Source: an uncultured Candidatus Saccharibacteria bacterium (GTDB lineage: Bacteria; Patescibacteriota; Minisyncoccia; Phycocordibacterales; PALSA-1337). Taken from it: a stretch of DNA of 64,000 bases. Under the pieces are notes generated by a model that was given only the letters and a program-made list of their open reading frames with translations, made no database searches and was not told the origin of the DNA. How positions within the stretch are numbered: position 1 is the first letter of the stretch; every line of letters begins with the position of its first letter. Below, piece by piece: positions 58,871-64,000 of this stretch. The stretch is taken from positions 6,885 to 70,884 of the forward strand of contig CAZGUZ010000002.1 of the NCBI GenBank assembly GCA_964529025.1. The letters are read 5' to 3'. The translations under genes and the position numbers were made by a program.

Positions 58871-59248
58871 TTTAGTTAAATTAATCTTAACACTAATAAT
58901 AATTTATTAAAAAGTTCAAAACTCGCCATAGAAACCTTACTTGTTTCCTATCAGCCTAGATAAATTAGATGATAGATTCTTTACTCTTTGTCCAAATTTT
59001 ATCTACACCTTCAATCTACTTGCCATTCTAGGTTGTATGTTAGTTATCCTTTATATAAAATACCACACTAATGTGTATTCTAAAAAAAATCCACATTCAT
59101 CAATACCTTAACTATCACTATTTTATCTTACTTTCATATTTTACCATATAAGTATTTTTAGTTGTTTTAATTTTATCTTCTGACATCGGGTAAGTATTAA
59201 AGTACACGTCTGGATATTTGATAGTCAGATTCATGCTCACTAACGCTT

Positions 59249-59869
59249 CTACATGTTTAATTCAAGATATCCCCATGACAATAAGATTATCGCGATTATA
59301 AACGAAATCACAAAAAAGATATTAAGGGATTTGAGTATTTTAAAATCAAGTTGCCTATTTTTTGCTTCTTGCCTCTCCTTTACAGCTGCCTTCAACTCAT
59401 CCTTTTGCGCAAAATAATTTTCTATTTCAGATATAATCTCTTTGTCTAATTTTTGATCTTGTTTTCTTTTGATCGCCGATAATTTATTACAAATACTGAT
59501 TGCACCTTGCTGAAATTTGACTAATAATTCCCTCTCCCACTTATCATCACTCAATATAGACTTCTTATCTCTTTCAATAACCATGGCGAGAATAACTATT
59601 CCACAGAGAGTAGTCAGAATAAAAAATACTACAGTTAGTATCAATACGCGAGAATGACCAATTTGAATAGTTGGTGCAACAACTGTTAGAAATGCAACGC
59701 TAATTGACGACAGTGCGAGAACAAGATTAAATCCTCTATCTGCATTTCTGTATTGTAAATCTGCAGTCTTCTGAGATAAGCTAATTAATTGTTGAGTCCA
59801 ATTATCCGAGGTTTCAGAAAAAACTGCTATTAGGTTATCCAATTCATTTGAAATCATTTTTACATGCAT
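59249..59869 (-). CDS. Hypothetical 3-TM protein
   Basis: 206-aa ORF abutting upstream gene; AT-rich. Confidence 0.7.
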   Translation of the reverse strand: MHVKMISNELDNLIAVFSETSDNWTQQLISLSQKTADLQYRNADRGFNLVLALSSISVAFLTVVAPTIQIGHSRVLILTVVFFILTTLCGIVILAMVIERDKKSILSDDKWERELLVKFQQGAISICNKLSAIKRKQDQKLDKEIISEIENYFAQKDELKAAVKERQEAKNRQLDFKILKSLNIFFVISFIIAIILLSWGYLELNM

Positions 59870-60547
59870 TTAGCCTCTTAATCTACTTAAAGCAACTTTA
59901 GTTGCTTCTCGACGTAATTCAGTTAGAGTATTTATTCCCAATATTTCTCTTATTATTTCGACTACTTCTTCTATTGCCATTTTAGACTCCTCATCATTCT
60001 CACTTTTTGTATGTCCCAAAACAAGACCTAGTAATCTATAAACTCTTTTGACTGTATCATCTCTTTCTTTGCCAAAACCTTGATAATCTAAAAGATTTTC
60101 TTTTGCACCCATTTCAATTAAAGCAGTTTCAATTGGTCTTAATTCACCTTCAATCTTTTTTGTAAGCCATGCTGAATGTTTTTGGCGTATATTTACCAAT
60201 TCCCTACCTATATTCATTAAATTCTTAGAAGCACCGTCTCTATATATTTCCTGTAGTCCTTTTTGCAATCTATCTACGTATTCTTCACAAAACAATGCGT
60301 GTTTGTCATAAGCAACTTTAGCCATATGAGAAGCTGTTCCTAAAATAAAGTCTTGTTGTTCATTTTGCAATTGTTCATCCTTCCACGTTTTATAAAGAGA
60401 AAGACACAAAGCTCCAATCCCGGGTATAGCTGCAATACCTTTAAAGACCTTGTCTATAGGAAGATAGTATGCGGATAAAAAAGAGGCGGCTAATACAATT
60501 ATTAGCAATATATAAGTTGACCAATTTTTAATTTTAATATTTTTCAC
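59870..60547 (-). CDS. Hypothetical protein, two N-terminal TMs plus helical domain
   Basis: 225-aa ORF with GTG start 30 nt after repeat copy 1. Confidence 0.7.
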   Translation of the reverse strand: MKNIKIKNWSTYILLIIVLAASFLSAYYLPIDKVFKGIAAIPGIGALCLSLYKTWKDEQLQNEQQDFILGTASHMAKVAYDKHALFCEEYVDRLQKGLQEIYRDGASKNLMNIGRELVNIRQKHSAWLTKKIEGELRPIETALIEMGAKENLLDYQGFGKERDDTVKRVYRLLGLVLGHTKSENDEESKMAIEEVVEIIREILGINTLTELRREATKVALSRLRG

Positions 60548-60576
60548 ATCTTTCTTTAACTAGTTCAAACAGATTA

Positions 60577-60692
60577 CGGGGCTTGGACTCGCCCTCGCCT
60601 CTCATCTCGCCGTCGCTCGATTCGGGCTGGGCACCGCCTCGCAGTTCGCCGTACTCGGCTCACATAGCTCCGGCGTTCTCGTCATCATACCC
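60577..60692 (-). repeat. 116-bp GC-rich repeat, copy 1, ending in tRNA-Gln 3' fragment
   Basis: 115/116 identical to 61587-61702; ends CGAGTCCAAGCCCCG on minus strand. Confidence 0.95.
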
Positions 60693-60834
60693 TCAGTATA
60701 GCGCACAACAAGAAACCCGCTATAGGTGGGATTTTGTGGACCAAATGAGACATCTGCACTAAAACCGTAATCGTCCAACCCTAACCTACTCCGTCTGGCT
60801 TATTTTTAACTCACCGAACGACCCGTTTCGTGCA

Positions 60835-61524
60835 CTAGGAAATCTTGCCATTAATATAATCTTTTACTGCTTTTATAACACTCACGACCTCTTCTCCAAA
60901 TTTATCTTCCTTATCATTGAGCCAATCGCCCTGATTGTACATGATATTATGTATTTCCATGTAGTCCTTGGTTCTAATTTTTGGCTGGAAATTCTGCTTT
61001 AAGGCAATATTTAAATCTGTTATCTTTACATAAAGAGGTTTGACTATTTGCCTAACTTCAGGCCCCCACAACACCTCAGCTTCAAGTAAATTTGATTCCA
61101 TTTCGGTAGACGCATTCGTGATTTCCTCCCACCTCATCTCATATACATATGGATGAACGTTCTTCTCCAATTCCTCTTTGAGTTTATCTGGATACTTTGT
61201 CCTTGCATATTGAATCGCTCTATAATCCTCCGAAGGAAATATGGCTGGATTCCTGACGTGCTTTATTGCATCCCTAAGTTTTAGGAGAGATAGATGTAAA
61301 TTATCAGCAACTTCACTTTTGATTTGCTTTCTCCATGTAAACAAACCGCCACTAGCAATATAAAGACCCGTCACCGTTAATATCAATGTTACCCAATCGT
61401 TTAAAAAAGGATAAACTGGGTGAACAAAAAACGCAGGGTAAAGGCGGTAAAAAACTAGTCCGGAGATGGATACAGCGAGGATCCAGAAAAATACTCCCTT
61501 AACGCTAACACTGTCTTTCACCAT
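60835..61524 (-). CDS. Hypothetical protein, two N-terminal TMs plus helical domain, between the repeats
   Basis: 229-aa ORF; GLFTWRKQ...LRDAIKHVRNP...LEAEVLWG. Confidence 0.75.
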   Translation of the reverse strand: MVKDSVSVKGVFFWILAVSISGLVFYRLYPAFFVHPVYPFLNDWVTLILTVTGLYIASGGLFTWRKQIKSEVADNLHLSLLKLRDAIKHVRNPAIFPSEDYRAIQYARTKYPDKLKEELEKNVHPYVYEMRWEEITNASTEMESNLLEAEVLWGPEVRQIVKPLYVKITDLNIALKQNFQPKIRTKDYMEIHNIMYNQGDWLNDKEDKFGEEVVSVIKAVKDYINGKIS

Positions 61525-61586
61525 GAGATTGATTATTACTACTTCCTACAGCTTTACTAATTGATACACCTCGTACAACTTGGCGG

Positions 61587-61702
61587 CGGGGCTTGGACTC
61601 GCCCTCGCCTCTCATCTCGCCGTCGCTCGATTCGGGCTGGGCACCGCCTCGCAGTTCGCCGTACTCGACTCACATAGCTCCGGCGTTCTCGTCATCATAC
61701 CC
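61587..61702 (-). repeat. 116-bp GC-rich repeat, copy 2, ending in tRNA-Gln 3' fragment plus CCA
   Basis: Minus strand continues CGAGTCCAAGCCCCGC-CG-CCA (to 61581). Confidence 0.95.
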
Positions 61703-61711
61703 CGCTTTCAG

Positions 61712-61754
61712 AATGAATAAAAGAGATACGCTTTGCGCATCTCTTTTATTCATT
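61712..61754 (-). terminator. Long hairpin directly after tRNA
   Basis: AATGAATAAAAGAGATGCGC-AAA-GCGTATCTCTTTTATTCATT. Confidence 0.75.
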
Positions 61755-61756
61755 AG

Positions 61757-61827
61757 CTGCGGGGCTTGGACTCGAACCAAGATTCTACGCTCCAGAGGCG
61801 CATGTCCTACCATTAGACGATCCCGCA
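61757..61827 (-). tRNA. tRNA-Gln(CTG), CCA not encoded
   Basis: Cloverleaf: TGCGGGA, D-arm GTCTAATGGTAGGAC, anticodon arm TGCGC-CTCTGGA-GCGTA, T-arm CTTGG-TTCGAGT-CCAAG, CCCCGCA-G. Confidence 0.95.
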
Positions 61828-61959
61828 AAATTTTGTTATGCCTTATTACTGTACTCGCTATAACAATGTGCCACAAATAATACCTTAAAATGGGGTAAAA
61901 AGGAAGAGTGCGCCAAGTCTTTGTTTGCGCTACTATTGTGCCACATATATGACTCTTGT

Positions 61960-63735
61960 ATGGTAACTTTTAACTTCTCTTCTTGTTTGCACGGTGCGTC
62001 GAAACTGTTCTCTTGGTTTGCTCGTCATTGGCTTGCTGGTGTTATTGCTCTATGTGTGGGTATTGTGTGTATTGCTCCTCAAATTGTTTTTATTACGCAT
62101 ATGGGGAGTGGGTATTCGGGTATTTATATTTTGAAGAGTGATGCTGAAACTCATTATCTTGCCCGTATGAAAAACTCTGCTGAGGGTAATGGTATTGGTA
62201 ATCCTTTTTTTCGTGAGTATTCGCATGAGCCTTCTGCTACGTGGAGTTTTTCTGAGTGGTTTCTTGCTCTGCCGAGTGCTGTTGTGCCGATATCGGTGCC
62301 GAGTTTGAGTCTTATCTATAAGTTTGTTTTTCCTTTTATTGCTACGCTCTGTGCTTATGCTTGTTTTTTTATTATTACGCGGAATTATTTATGGTCGGCT
62401 ATTGGTAGCTCTGCTGTAGTTATTGGATCTGCTTTGGTGAATACTGCTGATGTTATGAATCTTCTTTCGTGGAGTCAGACGTATTCTCAGTTTCTTGCGT
62501 ATTCTAGGCCGGTGAATCCGCAGTTCTCGGGTATTATTTTCTTTATTTATATTGTGAGTATTCTGTATGCTCTGAGGCAAAAAACGCGGTGGGCTTTTAT
62601 TCGTGTTGCTCTTATTTCGACGCTTTCGTGGTATGTGTATTTTTATACTGCTACCTTTATTCTTGCTACTAATTGTATTATTGCTCTGGGTTATACGGTG
62701 CGCTTTGTATTGAGGGCGTATCCTCAGTATGTGCCAAAAAGGTTTGTGTCATTTGTATATTCACTGCTCTATGGTATTGAGGGAGTTGAAAGTGATTCGT
62801 CGTTTAATTTGTTGTTGAATTCACCCTTACTTGAAACTGTACATAAGGCTCGGGCGACTATGTTATATGCCTTAGCGGCGCTTGTACTCAGTATTATTGG
62901 TGGTTTGCCTTTTATATGGGCTACTTATATGCTCCGCATGAGCGAATGGTATGAGGAGCTTGCTCGTATTGCTCATATTGTTACTTCGCACGCTCCGGTT
63001 ATGAGTAGTTCTTGGTTCATTACGGCAATTATTGTTGTGTTCACCGTGGTGATCTATCGGCGTTTTCATGGTGCGCATATGTACCCTGGTTATACTCGCT
63101 TTTTTATTATTCTGCTTCTTGCAACGCAGCTCGCTATTAATCAGCAAGTTATTACGGGCATTGTGCTTCAGCAGGGTCACTATCATTGGTATATGAATGC
63201 TCCGCTCTTTGTACTCATGATTTGGGTATGTATATATTCGCTCATTGAGCTTATTTCTACGAATTCAGTGCGCACAACATTATTCAAGAAAGTGAGTTTA
63301 TACGGTACAGCACTTATGTGTTGCGGAGTAGTATTTACTTACGGTTTTTTGGTACAGAGTTCATCATATTATGCTCGCAAAGACGAAACGGCTTTTGCTC
63401 AGCGCTATGCATCTGTTCTTGATTGGCTTAAAGCATATACGCAACCTGGATCTACGGTTCTTGCTCACAATGATATTTCTGAGCTCATTCCTATTTACAC
63501 CGACAATAATGTAGCGTGGGAAAATCATGCCACCTACTATTTAATGCCGCATTCGCGCCGTGAATTTACTCCCGAAAATATTCTACAGAGCCCTGCTCCG
63601 CATGATATTGTAAAAAACTATCCTCTTGATTATATAATTCAAGATTCTGCCAAGCCTTTTAGCCTTCCCAAGACTTTCCCTATTCGCACCGTAACTCAAT
63701 TTGGAGATTTTACGGTTTACACAGTAGAGCGCTAA
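61960..63735 (+). CDS. Polytopic membrane protein, possibly GT-C-like glycosyltransferase
   Basis: More than 10 TMs; DAETHYLAR in first loop; C-terminal soluble [14 protein letters not shown] domain. Confidence 0.6.
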   Translation: MVTFNFSSCLHGASKLFSWFARHWLAGVIALCVGIVCIAPQIVFITHMGSGYSGIYILKSDAETHYLARMKNSAEGNGIGNPFFREYSHEPSATWSFSEWFLALPSAVVPISVPSLSLIYKFVFPFIATLCAYACFFIITRNYLWSAIGSSAVVIGSALVNTADVMNLLSWSQTYSQFLAYSRPVNPQFSGIIFFIYIVSILYALRQKTRWAFIRVALISTLSWYVYFYTATFILATNCIIALGYTVRFVLRAYPQYVPKRFVSFVYSLLYGIEGVESDSSFNLLLNSPLLETVHKARATMLYALAALVLSIIGGLPFIWATYMLRMSEWYEELARIAHIVTSHAPVMSSSWFITAIIVVFTVVIYRRFHGAHMYPGYTRFFIILLLATQLAINQQVITGIVLQQGHYHWYMNAPLFVLMIWVCIYSLIELISTNSVRTTLFKKVSLYGTALMCCGVVFTYGFLVQSSSYYARKDETAFAQRYASVLDWLKAYTQPGSTVLAHNDISELIPIYTDNNVAWENHATYYLMPHSRREFTPENILQSPAPHDIVKNYPLDYIIQDSAKPFSLPKTFPIRTVTQFGDFTVYTVER

Positions 63736-64000
63736 TTACCCTTTTGTTTTTCTATTGCTGCTTTAATGAAAGCTGTAAAGAGTGGATGTGGTCGGAGTGG
63801 TCGAGCTAAGAATTCTGGATGAAACTGTGTACCTACAAAGAACGGGTGATTTTTTGTTGAGAGTTCTGCAATTTCCATCAACTGTGCATCGGGCGATGTG
63901 CCAGAAAATACGAGTTGCATTGATTCATTCTGTGCGCCAGTAGCAACAGGGTTTGTAATTTGATTGATATATTCTGGGTTAACCTCATAGCGGTGTCGAT
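63732..64000 (-). CDS. pyrG: CTP synthase, 3' end (begins beyond window)
   Basis: RHRYEVNP...[28 protein letters not shown]. Confidence 0.96.
   Translation of the reverse strand, partial: RHRYEVNPEYINQITNPVATGAQNESMQLVFSGTSPDAQLMEIAELSTKNHPFFVGTQFHPEFLARPLRPHPLFTAFIKAAIEKQKGN

Larger units (their letters stand above)
50717..61702 (-). mobile_element. Putative tRNA-Gln-anchored accessory island (left boundary uncertain, no integrase seen)
   Basis: Thirteen consecutive minus-strand accessory genes, visibly AT-richer toward the tRNA; two duplicated tRNA 3' fragments. Confidence 0.55.

Noticed and set aside
58871-59248. Pseudogene or decayed repeat in the 378-bp AT-rich spacer
   Set aside because: No convincing ORF, tRNA fragment or repeat similarity found by eye.
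60577-61702. CRISPR array or IS element as explanation of the repeats
   Set aside because: Only two 116-bp direct copies 1 kb apart; no short repeat-spacer periodicity, cas genes or transposase.
61581-61706. tmRNA or second tRNA gene
   Set aside because: No D-arm, anticodon arm, complete T-arm or alanine G3-U70 identity; too short for tmRNA.
61593-61880. ORF-track ORFs 61593-61880 (+) and 61670-61876 (-)
   Set aside because: They overlap the tRNA, hairpin and repeat; chance frames in GC-rich non-coding sequence.

Overview
Chromosomal segment of a small-genome bacterium. Gene content and style point to Patescibacteria/CPR (Parcubacteria-like); this is inference. Standard code 11 fits all ORFs. 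Bases 1-26 kb are mostly housekeeping (groEL/groES, secG, OppA-like binding protein, rnj, eno, gpmI, class II photolyase, cyclophilin, DHH, NDH-2, lexA). Four large surface proteins lie at 10-13, 26.6-33.6, 40-43 and 46-48.5 kb; three of them carry peptidoglycan-binding-type domains. From about 50.7 to 61.7 kb a run of co-oriented, increasingly AT-rich accessory genes lies downstream of tRNA-Gln(CTG). Main finding: two 116-bp GC-rich repeats (115/116 identical) each end in a copy of the tRNA 3' end from the T-loop onward and bracket one orphan gene, with no integrase in the window. This is a candidate tRNA-anchored gene-cassette accretion system. Other signals: pervasive leaderless-type promoters (TAnnnT 6-7 nt before ATG), two clear uORF/terminator/antiterminator attenuators, a GAAC-N4-GTTC operator in the lexA promoter spacer, a tandem GH43_24 pair with one catalytically degenerate copy, a CDPS-like gene, and microproteins missed by the ORF track. 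All calls are by eye; no database searches were run.
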